Assembly: GCF_032062105.1 (NCBI RefSeq) | Contig: NW_026927339.1 | Coordinates: 186,001 to 250,000, forward strand | Source: Saccostrea cucullata | Lineage: Eukaryota | Direction: 5' to 3' | Length of the DNA: 64,000 nucleotides | Position numbers and translations under genes: made by a program | The notes under the pieces: model-generated | The model's database searches: none | Seen by the model: the letters and a program-made list of their open reading frames with translations, nothing else | What the model was told of the DNA's origin: nothing | Shown here: one piece after another, positions 36,787 through 48,511 of the stretch | How positions within the stretch are numbered: the stretch's first letter is position 1 | How the letters are laid out: every line of letters starts with the position of its first letter

Positions 36787-39700
36787 TTACAAGACTTCTG
36801 TATACTGTCCACTGCGTTCTGTGGCCATAGGAGTCAGGTACTGCCCAGTAGAGGAAGTCAAATGCTGGCCAGTAGAAGGGGTCAAATACTCTGACTGGTT
36901 CTGTAATGTAAGGCCTGTATATGTTGATGATTTCTCTTTCTTAGAAACGCCAGCATGGTCTGACTGGTAAACAGCCTGATAATCTGCAGATAATAACATA
37001 CTTAAAAATATACTGTATAAGAGTTATATTTACAACAACAACATGAATGGTAAACTTAAAGAAATAACGAAAGGATGCTCCAATATGTACCTCTCTGGGA
37101 AGTTTTCCTGTTGTATTTCGTTGAGAGGAAAGTTGTATAGCTACATTAATAATATAAAAATCTTCTTATTGACAATTCAATTCATTATTTGTATTTATTA
37201 CATACATAGTTATAAATACAGAATTTTTGCATATGTGATATGCCTAACATCATAATAGTCGTATCGACTGATATGGATCTGCGTGGCTGATACGGATCAA
37301 TATTATATAAGAGGATTATTTTCGTAGTTTTCATTGGCTGAAAGGACGTCACATGACATTCCTCCTTTCGCGATAGCGACGCGAAAGCGCGTCCGCAGAA
37401 AATGATATCGCACGACACGCCGTTCGGTTGCACTGAAGTTACGTAGAACGTGACGTCATAATAAAAAAAACGTGAATCTAACCATTGTGACGTAATTACA
37501 GCCAAGTCCGTTGTGTTAGGACTGTGTCGGTGCATTCAATTTGAGTGATTATATAATATAAATATTATGGACTTCAGTGAACGGTCAATATGTGGTTATA
37601 AGGACTCATGGCAATTGATATTGACCTCAGACACAGAAAATGATAGCGACCTCGCAGGCTCGGTCGCTATCACTTTCTGTGTCTTCGGTCAATATCAATT
37701 GCCATGAGTCCTTATAACCACATATCGACCTACACTGAAGTCCATAATTGTATAATATTACACCCCTAGTAAGTGAAACCTTTACAAAACAGTATCTTGT
37801 GATAATACACACATAATTTTGTGTTCACATTCTCATAATTTTTAAATTATTGGTCTTTGAAACAATAAGCTACATATTGTCAGTAGGTAGTGCTTGATTA
37901 TATATTTGTATTTTTGTCAAGTTAAAGTGTGCTGTACATTATTACTAAGTATGTTATAAACATTATAAAACATCTCGTACCTTTTCTACATCATATCCTG
38001 TAAGCACTCGACCAATATCAGCCCTCGGGCCTTCGACCCCCTGACTGATATTGTTGTCTCGGGCTGATATAGGACGTGGCATGGAAAAGGGGTATGTATT
38101 ATTCTCTATGTATTCCTTCTTTTGTGAATCTATGTCAACATTTCTTGATATAAAATTAAAAAAGAAAGTTTGATTTGTACATACGCTTTTATTGAGCTCA
38201 AAAGTCTGTTTGAACTGTACAAAAGAGAGAGAATATACGCACCTGGTAACAACAAGTAACAGAAGAACCGCTATTACAACCACTATATGTGATGCCAGAA
38301 GTCCCAGAATAAAACTTGTAATGTTGCTTAACTTCTTATCTACGTCACTGCTGTAAAAAAGAAAGACGGATATAGCTGTTTAAGGTCAAGATCTAGTAAA
38401 TGAAAGATGCCTACAGATTTATCAAATTTGAGAAACAAATTCCTTTAATGATGCTTTATAAATAAAGATTGGCTAAATAAGGTGTTTCGGGTCATAATTT
38501 GTAGGTAAACAAGGTGAAGAACCATATTTTAAACAGTCATTTTCAATATAAAATTAAGAAAACCGATCATGAATATGGTTTTTTTTTTCATATTCGACAA
38601 AGGAAATTTATCCAGATTGCCTACAGTGTCTCAGAAAACGGTAATTTGTATGTTCACGGTCTCTTCTTTAAAATAATGTCAAATTTAATATGGGTATCCA
38701 GATTACTTTTCATATAATTTCAAATTGAATGCCATGAAAATACTCTTTTTTCTACATAATTCTGCTACAGCCGTAAAGTACGGAAAGAAAGTTGAAATTG
38801 ATTATGACGTCATCATGGATCTAGCACCACAAAATCAGTCTAAAGTCATTTACTAGATCTTGACCTTAATTACGTCTCTACTTCAAAATTTAAGTCTTAG
38901 AAACTAGATTCTTTAAGTTGTACTAATTTAACATATGTTTTTCCTATCTTTAATGTATTTGCAATGTTATGGATTCTAAAAATAAACTTTTATAAAACTA
39001 TTACATAACATTTTTCTTATTGCTAACCTTCTCTTTCACACATTTGCAATGAGGGCTAGAGAGGGATAAAATATTATTTGATTACATTTAAAATAACTTT
39101 ATCTGGTCACAAAAGCTTACATATTATACTTCTGAATCCGTTGACCTGTTGGAAACGTCGATGTATTTTCCTCGTACGCCTCTTCTGATTAAGAAAGCAT
39201 GTAGTTAATTCGAATATGTAAAAATAAAAATGGTATGAGGCAAATTACGTATGAAAGGAATTAAAGTTTTACGCATTAATAATGCAAAAAAAAAAAACAA
39301 TTACGCTATTAGCAGCTTTAAAATTCTACTTAAATTTACATGTACATGTACATCATGTAATACTATGGTAAACCTTTCTTAGTTATCAAACAGAAAAACT
39401 TTCCCTACCGAATCATTATTTTTTATGCGCCCGTATCGACAAATCAGAGGCGTATATTGTTTTTGTCCTGTCTGTTTGTTTGTTTGTCTGCAAACTTTAA
39501 CCTTCGTCATAACTTTTGAACCATGAAAGATAGAGACTTAACATTTGGTATCCTTACTACACTAGTTAAATTCTTACAATGATACCAAGGTCATTGACTT
39601 TGTGACCTTGACTGTGACCTATATGCTAAAAATAACGTCTTTGTCTGCAAAATTTAACCCTCGTCATAACTTTTACGCCTTGAAAGATGGAGACTTTATA

Positions 39701-42655
39701 TTTGGTATGCATACTGCACTTATTAAGCTCTTACAAATGACAGACAGGTCATTGACCTTGTGACCTTGACTGTGGCCTATGCTCGCTGTCATAAACTTTT
39801 GAGAATTCTCAAAAAAAAATTCTAAACTCAACTTTTGAGAATTACTCATCTGAGAATTTGAGAATAAAAGAGTTTAAGGAGTTTTATTTTGCTCAACTTT
39901 TTTATGACGGTCACTGAGTCTGAGATTTTGGATTTGAGAAAATTCTCAGACTTGCGTATGTTTTATAACGGCGGACTCTATATGCTAAAATTGCTTTTTA
40001 GAACCTTCACCATAACTTCTGAATCATAAGAGATAGATACTTCATGTGCTGGTATGCATACTCCACTAATTTAGTTCTTTAAAATCACATCAAGGACAAT
40101 GACCTTGTGTCCTTGACTGTGACCTATTTGCTAAAAATAGCTTTTCCGTACCTTCGCCATAACTTTTGAATCATAAGAGATAGAGACTTTATATTTGGTA
40201 TGCATACTCCACTAATTAAGTTCTTTAAGATAATTTAAAGTTCAATAACCATGTGACCTTGACTGTGATTTATATGCTAAAATAACTTTTCAGTACCTTC
40301 GCCATAACTCTTGAATCATAAGAGATAGAGACTTTATATTTGGTTGCATACTCCACTAATTAAGTTATTTCAGATAACACCAAGTTCGTTAACTTAATGA
40401 CCTTGACTGTGACCTATATGCTTAAATAGCTTTTTTAAAACTTTGTTGCCGCCGGGCGCATAGTGTTTCAAAATATCATCTTCTTACATTTAATATCATC
40501 GTGAAATCTACGAGGGGTTATCAAAAAGTTCGTGGAATAGCGTCATAAAATTAAAACCGCTTTAGGTACTCGGATGAATTTTAAAATATATAGTTATCAA
40601 CATCTTTTCTATCTAAAGAATAAACCATGAATCATAAATTTTATTTTTTAATAAGTTAGTAATGTTTTTGTAAGCAATTGTATGTCCAGGCGGCGCAACC
40701 TCGAACACGATGTTTTTGCGACCTATGTGTAACTGAGAAAAACTCTTTTGATATGATCATTTGACATCCTAAATTCCCGTTATTCTATGTATGTGTCGGG
40801 ACACAATTGTTCCATAAAATATGATATTTTCACTTCATTTTGGGAGTTCTATGAAATTTTATTGTAAAGTTTACACGGAATGTCCAAACAAATGAGGCCT
40901 CGAAAATTACGTCAAAAGGGGGGAGGGGTTTCCCTTTCCAACATTCTATAAAGGTTTGCCTCTGAAAAAACTGATATAGACCTAAAATATGTTGAAACTG
41001 GTTACAGAGAAATAATATGCATCCAGATTACTTGTCTTTTAATGTGAAAATAGATTCAGAGAGAAAAGGGATACACGGTAAATGTCGATTTGCAGACAAG
41101 GTGTTAAAAATCAATCACGTCAAAAAATGACGTTGATCATATGTTGTAGATATCGAACTTCCAAAAGCAAAATATGCCGGCACAATCAAGTGCGGATCTC
41201 TCCCAATGTATTAATCCATTTAGAATATTATATTTATTGAAGACCACTGTTCATGACATTGTAAAGTCATATAAACAAGGCGGGTTTAAGTCCTTATTCA
41301 GATCCAAGGAATCTCATCAAAACAGTGTATGAGATAGAAGAAGCGAACATTGAAAAAACAATGACGTTATCGGACGTCAAGAAAACAAACGACGACAGCC
41401 CCGGATGATCACATAATGTCGTTTTAATGTTATAATAATTTGCCAAATAATGAACGTATCAGGCTAAAATTTTCAACATTTCTTTATTCTTTCAAGCAGA
41501 ACATGGCAGTCAGTATATAGTTAACGGCTACCTTGAAATGGCAGTCAGTATATAGATAACAGCTACCTTGACATGCCAGTCAGTATATAAGTATATAGAT
41601 AACAGCTACCTTGACACTTCCCTGTATCCTTATGACAGCTCAGCTGACATTCTGTCGGGCACCGACCCAAACAAAATTTACCATGGAAACCATCAGGACA
41701 AACCTGACTACAGTTCTCGCCAAAAGTTCCTACATCACACGCTGTAAAATTACCAGTTTGTTATTAGGAATTAGAGTTGTATGCTGTCTTGACAGAAAAA
41801 AAGGGTTAAATTGCAAGAAATTACCGATGCACTGGCCACCTCGTAAAAAGTAATTGACACAGCAAACGCCAGGCCTGAAAACAGAATGATACCGAATCAC
41901 AGAGTAAATGTAATAAGCTTTTCATCTCATAAATGTAAGAATTTAATGGTTACATAAGTTATACCTAATAATCATCTTTAGGAAGTTTAAACAAATGCAA
42001 GCCGATAAGCACTTTTCAAACAGTGTAAGCGATTTCAGACAAGGTGTTTTAAGCTATAGTAACTAGTACTTAGGAGGATTGAAAATATTAATGATGTTTT
42101 ATTTTTCAATATCATTAAGGGAAACGATTTTCTTTCAAAATGGCTTTAAGTTGTACAGGTTTAGAATTTCCCATGATCTTTAGTTAGATTTGTATTTAGA
42201 TATGATTTTTACTCAACGAGTTGTGTGTTTTTTAAAAAACACAATCAGTTGGATAAAAATCATATCCAACTACAAATCATAGGTGATATTATTAAACCCA
42301 TATTTAATATTTCACAATCAATGTTTTACACATTTTTTTGGTATATAGTACTCCACTTTATATTACTTCATTACACTAACGAAAAACCCATTGTGAAGTC
42401 ACTTCTGTGGGATACGAAAACGATATTGCATGAGCTATACCCATGGGATAAATGAAACGCTCTTTCGTTCTCAGTCAAATCCCACGTATAATTAAACATA
42501 ATATTATAATATAATATTAAATATAATTAAATATTAAATATAATTAAATTCTGAAAATTATTTGCTCACCTGCAAAGATTTGGATCCGTGGTTGTAGAAG
42601 ATTGAATAACATTTACGTTTAAGAAAGCAAATATTACCGAAACCAGCATTCTCAT
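36787..42655 (-). CDS. R7: complete 7-exon paralogue, 228 aa, Tyr-rich short tail. Exons 42655-42570, 41874-41825, 41741-41610, 39184-39121, 38350-38243, 37140-37091, 36983-36787
   Basis: 687 nt in frame. MRMLVSVIFAFLNVNVIQSSTTTDPNLCR|PGVCCVNYFLRGGQCI|ACDVGTFGENCSQVCPDGFHGKFCLGRCPTECQLSCHKDTGKCQ|EEAYEENTSTFPTGQRIQKYN|ISDVDKKLSNITSFILGLLASHIVVVIAVLLLLVVT|SYTTFLSTKYNRKTSQR|DYQAVYQS..STYTGL..EYLTPSTGQHLTSSTGQYLTP..SGQYTEVL*. Confidence 0.88.
37564..37748. repeat. Long near-perfect palindrome (arms of about 88 bp), probably the terminus of a non-autonomous Crypton-like or foldback element
   Basis: ATTATGGACTTCAGTG..GGCAATTGATATTGACC..GATAGCGACC[loop]GGTCGCTATC..GGTCAATATCAATTGCC..CACTGAAGTCCATAAT. 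Confidence 0.85.
39419..40486. mobile_element. Helitron/HINE-type non-autonomous element with about 5 internal 125-160-bp tandem units; a small inverted-repeat insertion lies at about 39781-39978
   Basis: Starts TTTTATGCGCCCG..(TGTT/GTCT)n, units begin CCTTCG(T/C)CATAACT at about 39500, 39659, 40003, 40150 and 40276, and it ends GCCGCCGGGCGCATAGTGTTTCA..TCTT. Similar elements at about 35769-36170, 56262-56796, 59861-60360 and 60821-61445. Confidence 0.75.
40511..40720 (+). mobile_element. Left end of a related mariner-like element; right TIR not found
   Basis: TA|CGAGGGGTTATCAAAAAGTTCGTGGA resembles the TIR at 15436. Extent is uncertain. Confidence 0.55.
41503..41615. repeat. 35-43-bp tandem repeat, 3 copies, overlapping the R7 EGF-exon splice donor
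   Basis: ATGGCAGTCAGTATATAGATAACAGCTACCTTGA units. Confidence 0.85.
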
Positions 42656-44194
42656 TACAGATATCATTATTGCTTCCTGTTATTTCCAATAAACTGAGTA
42701 AGTGAGATAAATTATTCTAGTTTAGAAGAACATGCGGGAAGCATTTGAGTATATATTTGAAGCTAGTAACAAAATTCAAGTATACAATTATGAAAATAAT
42801 TTAGACGAAGCCCTACAATTATCACTACGGAAATTTTTAACACATCGTATAAACGTATTTAATTATTTTCCCAATTTGGTTTTTGAAACAAATTCTGGAA
42901 ATCAATTTTATCTTATACGAGCGGTTTTCAATAACAGTGCATTAAAATGAATGTTAAAGAATCAGTAAACTATAATGAAATTAAATGCTTCATTAAAGCT
43001 GCTGTAAAACGTGTACAGAATTTCAAAGAAATATTTACTGAAATTTGTCTTTATTACAGCAACCAATGTCTGTTTTATACACACATAAGCAGGAAGATTT
43101 GAATGAACAAAAATGATTAAATGGGCGTCAAAAGTGGATACCGTCCATGGAGACAAAGTTTTACAACAACCAATGTTCTTTTGATTAAATTCAACAAATT
43201 ATCACAAATTATATTTGATTGACTTTAAGACATATATAAGATTTGATAGGCGTCATTTTGGGGGTAATTCACAATGTTTTAAAGACACATTTGACAGTAA
43301 AAAAGCTTTATATGCATAGGTCACCCTATGTTTTGAAAAATGAGTGAAATGACAGCGTGTAAGAATATCTAAATAATTAATTTAAACATCAGAAATTGTA
43401 CTTATTCACGTTTGTCTGAAATTCAAGCAGATAATGAAACTTGAATCCATTGCTATAAACCCCCAAAACAAATTAACATTAATAAGATGCACTTGACAAA
43501 ACAGCAAAGGCCTGACAAGAGCAAAGAATTGCAAGAGCACAAAATAGTTTTATATGCTATTTTCCTAAATATTAGTGGTCTTGTTGTTCAAATTCTTATA
43601 CTGGGAGTTAATTCAATTGAAAGAGTCTAGAAAGCAAATTTTTTGCAAAAAAATTGAAAGGTGTATTAGAGGAAGGAACCAGAATAAGGAAACCACTACA
43701 GTACTTTTCTTTGGGACAGCGTCCAAACCTACAAGCCATGAAGGGTAAAGAGTTTTGGGGTTAAACAGAAACTTCATGCTTTGTCGGACCAACAATATTC
43801 ACCACATCTTTCAACCATTGACTTATTGTATTTCCTTAACTTGAAAAAACACATTTCAGAAAGAGAAAAGAAGTACAGGTAATAATAAGATCTGCCATAA
43901 TCCAGTATATGAAGGGTCATACTCAAAAATGTGTTCTAAAAACAATTAGAAATTGAATAAAATTGTTACAGACATATATTTTAATTAAAGAGAATATTTA
44001 ATTGAAATTATCAACCATACTAAATCATTGAAAGGTGTTTTTGGTTTCTTTCCGAGCACCAATGACATTATTTATTGAACGTCCCTCGTATTTACCGAAA
44101 CATTTGGTAATTTGCTTTCTTTCTTAAAAATATTTTTGAAAAACTTATTTACAAATATTGCTAGTATTTGTTTCTCATGTCATGACTTGTGATG

Positions 44195-44480
44195 GAATAG
44201 GGAGCTAACGAACAACATTTGATAAGCTCAGAATTCCATAAAACAATAGAAATCAAGAACATATAAATGCGGACCTCTACATCAGATGAGGAACGGGGTG
44301 GCATTAAGGGGTAAGCATCCCTTGCCAACAGATCACATCCACCGTATGTTTCTCTTCATATCGTTAAATAATAAAAAAAAAATCCGTCGAAAATTCAATG
44401 TATTAATAATAGCCTAATGATTATGATGAAAAACTTGAATCAAAATATGACCTAATGACAGACTGTATTTGCTTAGAATG
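44195..44480 (-). mobile_element. Penelope-like 3' tail fragment, inverted relative to the adjacent copy
   Basis: Reverse-complement similarity to the 3700-3960 region (e.g. GCATCCCTTGCC..ATCACATCCACCGT). Confidence 0.7.
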
Positions 44481-44559
44481 TCGTTTTAGTAACCAAACAA
44501 TATATTAAATTAGATGTGTCAGACTTTTATTTCAAGCTCAGAGTGATACATCATGTATT

Positions 44560-45262
44560 TTTCCTCCATTAGATGTATCGACGACGTATTGTCAATTAAC
44601 AATAGTAATTTCCATTCATATGTCGATATGATATATACTGGTGAGCTTGAGATAAAAGATACAACAAAGTCTGACACATCTGTTTCATTCTTGGATATTT
44701 TACTTGAAAAAGACGTCAATGGTAATCTAACAACCAAGCTCTATGATAAACGGGATTACTTAAATATTTCTATCGTTAACTTCCCTTACCTATGTAGCAA
44801 TATACCTTAATCAACTGCATACGGAGTTTATATATCTCAGTTGTCTGATACGCAAGTGCATGCTCTACGTATGAATTTATAAAAAAGAAGAGGTAAATTA
44901 TTGACAGACAAGTTGATAAAAGAAGAATATCAACCTTTTCGTTTAAAGACATCGTTGCGTAAGTTCTTTGGACCTTGTCAGCAAATAAATTTATCAATGA
45001 GTCAAATGTTGACTGATGTTTTTCATATTTATTGTTAGTCTATTATTTATACACTGAATTGACGACGCATTTTTCCGTAATTTCCAAATCATGACAATGT
45101 GCACACAGTTGGAGCGACCGGTCACCAGGGGATGCTCACTCCTGCATGGCACCTGATCACACCTCTAATCTTTTTGATGTCCGTGTTTGCTCTGATCCTA
45201 TTTTGTATTGTTTAATGAACATTTAATCTTGGATATTGTTTGTTATTTCCATATCTTTCATA
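44560..45262 (+). mobile_element. Penelope-like element 3' portion (RT YIDD-region to tail)
   Basis: ORF 44553..44810 RCIDDVLSINN..ELEIKDTT..SFLDI..TKLYDKRD..IVNFPYLCSNIP, followed by the same 3' tail. Confidence 0.85.
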
Positions 45263-45459
45263 TCCATATCCTTCATTGTATAAATAAATAATATGTTTTT
45301 AGATATTGTCAATCGGAAAATCAAGAATCATTTTCAAGCCAATTTAAGAGTACTTTTGTGTGCAATGAGATCGAATTTTGTTAACAAAATAAGTTTGCAA
45401 ATTACTGTTCACGATGTAAATTTAGAAAGGGCTCACGGTGGATGCTCGGTCAACAGATG

Positions 45460-45605
45460 TCATTAGAAAAGAACATGTACTAGAGTTTCACAACTTTTTA
45501 GATATGTTGAAAAAGAAATTACTGCTTAAAAAAGAAGTGTATTGCTCAAATAGTGATTTAGATAATTTTAATGAAATCTGGCAACCAATATTAGATATAT
45601 TATAA
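45460..45605 (+). mobile_element. Short 3' remnant of a second L1/Tx1-type ORF2
   Basis: Translates to HVLEFHNFLDMLKKKLLLKKEVYCSNSDLDNFNEIWQPILDIL*, resembling the typical F...W C-terminus of Tx1/L1 ORF2. Confidence 0.5.
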
Positions 45606-45628
45606 TCATTATCTTGGATTTTATTATT

Positions 45629-47940
45629 ATTATTATTTTTTTTTTTTTCACATTATGCTAATATTTAATTATTGACTTCATTTTCATACATATACATAAG
45701 TATCTCAAAGAAAATTTTTTACCATTTATATATATATATATAAAACAAAGTATTCGTTTAACATCAATAGAAGATAGACCCTTGTTGCAGTGGAGATTGT
45801 GTAAAAAAAAAAAAAGAAGAAAGTCTATATCAATCTCACTGTAACTAGTATTTAGGGCCAGGTCACCCTAAAATACTGGTCTTTTTTATGTTTTACATCT
45901 TAAAAACAGGATCAATATGCAGAGTTTTGTGATAATAAAATTAGATTATAAAAACACATCAGAATGAATGAATTTTACAAAGACATGAAAATTTTTTCCT
46001 CACATACATAATTTTAATCATATTTTAAACATAAAGTTTCCAGAACCATGAAGAATAACATAGCAAAAACATATTGTGTCTTATAGTGGATTTAAGATTT
46101 GAATACATGTACATGTATAAATGGTTTATCACGGGAGCATATACTAGTATTAGAATCACAAAGAATTTTGAAATACATGATTAATTTTCTCTTTGAAATT
46201 TGTCAAATCATGTGATTGTAAAAGTGAAAAATTCGATTTCATTTCATTTTTGAATGCGTTTTTAATGCTGAAGTCAGTTATTTTTAAATTCTCATATTTA
46301 ATTTTATTTCTTGTTTTCCATATGACCCATTTATAAATAGATATTAAAATGTTAACAACGTTTCTTTGGGTTTGCGGTTCCTTCAAGTAGCCTAATGTTA
46401 TTGTTTGTTGGTTAATTTGTAAAGTTTCATTTAGTTGCAGCACATTTTCAATTATATCTTCTAGTAATTTAAGTGTTGTTTTAACTTTTGTGCAATGGAA
46501 AAAGAGGTGTTGTTGATTTTCTTTATGATTTTTACATAGGTTGCATAAACCATTGGATAGTCCGATTTTACATAATTTATCTTCAGTATACAATATATTA
46601 TGCACGCATTTCCATTGGAATTCTTGAATTTTATTTTTAACTTTCATTTTTGAAATACTGTCCCAAACTAAGTTCCACTGTATGTTATTTTGGTAAATAT
46701 TTTCCCATTTTTCTTGACATTTTGGAATTATTGTCTTGTTTAATATTTTTTCTATGTTCTTTAACTTGATATCTTCAAAGGTTTCCACTTTATTAGTATC
46801 TCTTTTTATAAGTAAATTATTATTCAATTTATAAGGGAGTTTTATTTCGCTATTCGATACTGAGCTGTTTCTTTTCAGTATTGGATAAAACAGTTTAGGA
46901 ATGGCTGATTTTATTTTACTATATTCAAATATCCAACATCTTTTGTCTACTAATTTATTAAAAATGGTGTCGTTATATTTAAAACAATTTTCCGCATCAT
47001 TCCAAATGTCTTTAATTTTTAATAAACCACTTTTGATAAATGATTCTACATATAGGCTTTTCCCTTGGAATTGTATAAGTTTATTACCAAAGAGTGAGAG
47101 GTTAAGTATTTCCTCTCGATTCTCTGGCACAAATTTTGACTGAAATTCGCTGTATGCGATGAGTGCTTTCTTATAAAAACTAGACATGTTATTTAAGGAA
47201 ATTGGAGATAAATCTGAACAAGTCCATAAGAAATATTCTTGACTTGAATGCATATCTTTACTCTGTAACCAGTATTTACCAATAGCATTCCATGTTTCTA
47301 ATTTTGAATGCATGATTTTATAAATTGTTTTTATTTGTTTACTTTTTATAAAATTAAATAAATTTATCATGTTCATTCCTCCTTCGTTCTTGCTTAAGCA
47401 GCACACGTTTCTGTCAATTTTATTTAATTTATTATCCCAAATAAAAGACCAGACAATGTCATTTATTTGTTTTGCATATATATCAGGTATTCCCCTCATT
47501 TCGATTTCATAGCCAATAATTGGAATTATCAAATTTTTTATTATCAAAGTTTTCCCTTTGAATGTAAGGTTCCTTGTTTTCCAGACATGCAAGCTGTTCT
47601 TTATTTTTTCTATTTTTTCCAACCATATTGCATTAGTATCGATACCATATCCATGATTTACCCCCAAAGTTTTTATATTAGTTTTTATCCACTGTATCTT
47701 TTTAAATTTTGGTGTTTTACCTTTTAATTTGCCTATAAACAGGCCCTTTGTTTTCGAGAAATTGATTTTTGCCCCAGAGGCTTTTTCATATATTTCTAAC
47801 ACATTGAAGGAATGTATTATAGATTCTTCGTCCTTATTAAAAAGTTGTGTATCGTCTGCGAACATATTTATTTTACATTCTATTTTTTTGTCTTTATTAG
47901 GAATTAAAATACCCTTTATCTGCGGATTTTGTCTAATAGC
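45629..47940 (-). mobile_element. 5'-truncated L1/Tx1-clade LINE (ORF2 3' half: RT from FADD, plus zf-RVT)
   Basis: ORF 46156..47865 is uninterrupted and extends upstream (AIRQNPQIKG..MFADDTQLF, ASGAKINFSKT, LGV, W..RNLTFKGK, GGM, CNLC..ENQQHLFFHC, IWKTRN). A-rich tail at about 45629-45648. Candidate low-complexity TSD ATTTTATTATT at 45618-45628 and 47941-47951. Confidence 0.93.
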
Positions 47941-48511
47941 ATTTTATTATTTTTTAATATACTATGCTATTCAAATAAGTGTTAAAATCAAATCAAAATG
48001 TAATTTCCCCTGTAAAAGATTTCTTTGTAAAAACAATGAACAGATAATTTGTATAAAATTATGTAGATAGTAAGCTCCACAATAATTTTTATTGATTTAT
48101 AAATCAGAAACATTGTCCTAAATGATGTAGATAGATGTTATTGTCTATAGTTGAATTTATTACCTATTAATATTATCTATTTTATAATTTTGTATATGAA
48201 GAGCCAATAAAAAAATTAAAAATATTTATCCTCTTAATTTTCCTTCTCCGGACAGCTGATATATTTATTTACCACTACATAAGAGGCATTATAAATGAGT
48301 CACTTGGATTACGTAGAATTGGCATTCGCCCTCGTATGACGAGTCCTATGGCGAGATTAATATTATCGTTACCTTTGTGTTCAACTTCGGTGAACATCGT
48401 AACACTGCACTCTTACATTTGAGTGCTCGTCTATCATTGGTTAGGGAGCTACTTCCTAGCGGCGTCGACTTGAATCAAGGGCAGGTAATAGTGTTTTCCC
48501 CATTTCAGGCG

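Noticed and set aside
45776-45882. Hammerhead ribozyme interpretation of the three-stem structure
   Set aside because: Catalytic core nucleotides CUGANGA and GAAA are absent at the junction on both strands.
48377-48511. Upstream in-frame extension of the FABP first exon in ORF 48377..48619
   Set aside because: Starts at GTG and crosses an acceptor-like polypyrimidine/CAG; ATG 48512 gives the canonical FABP length.
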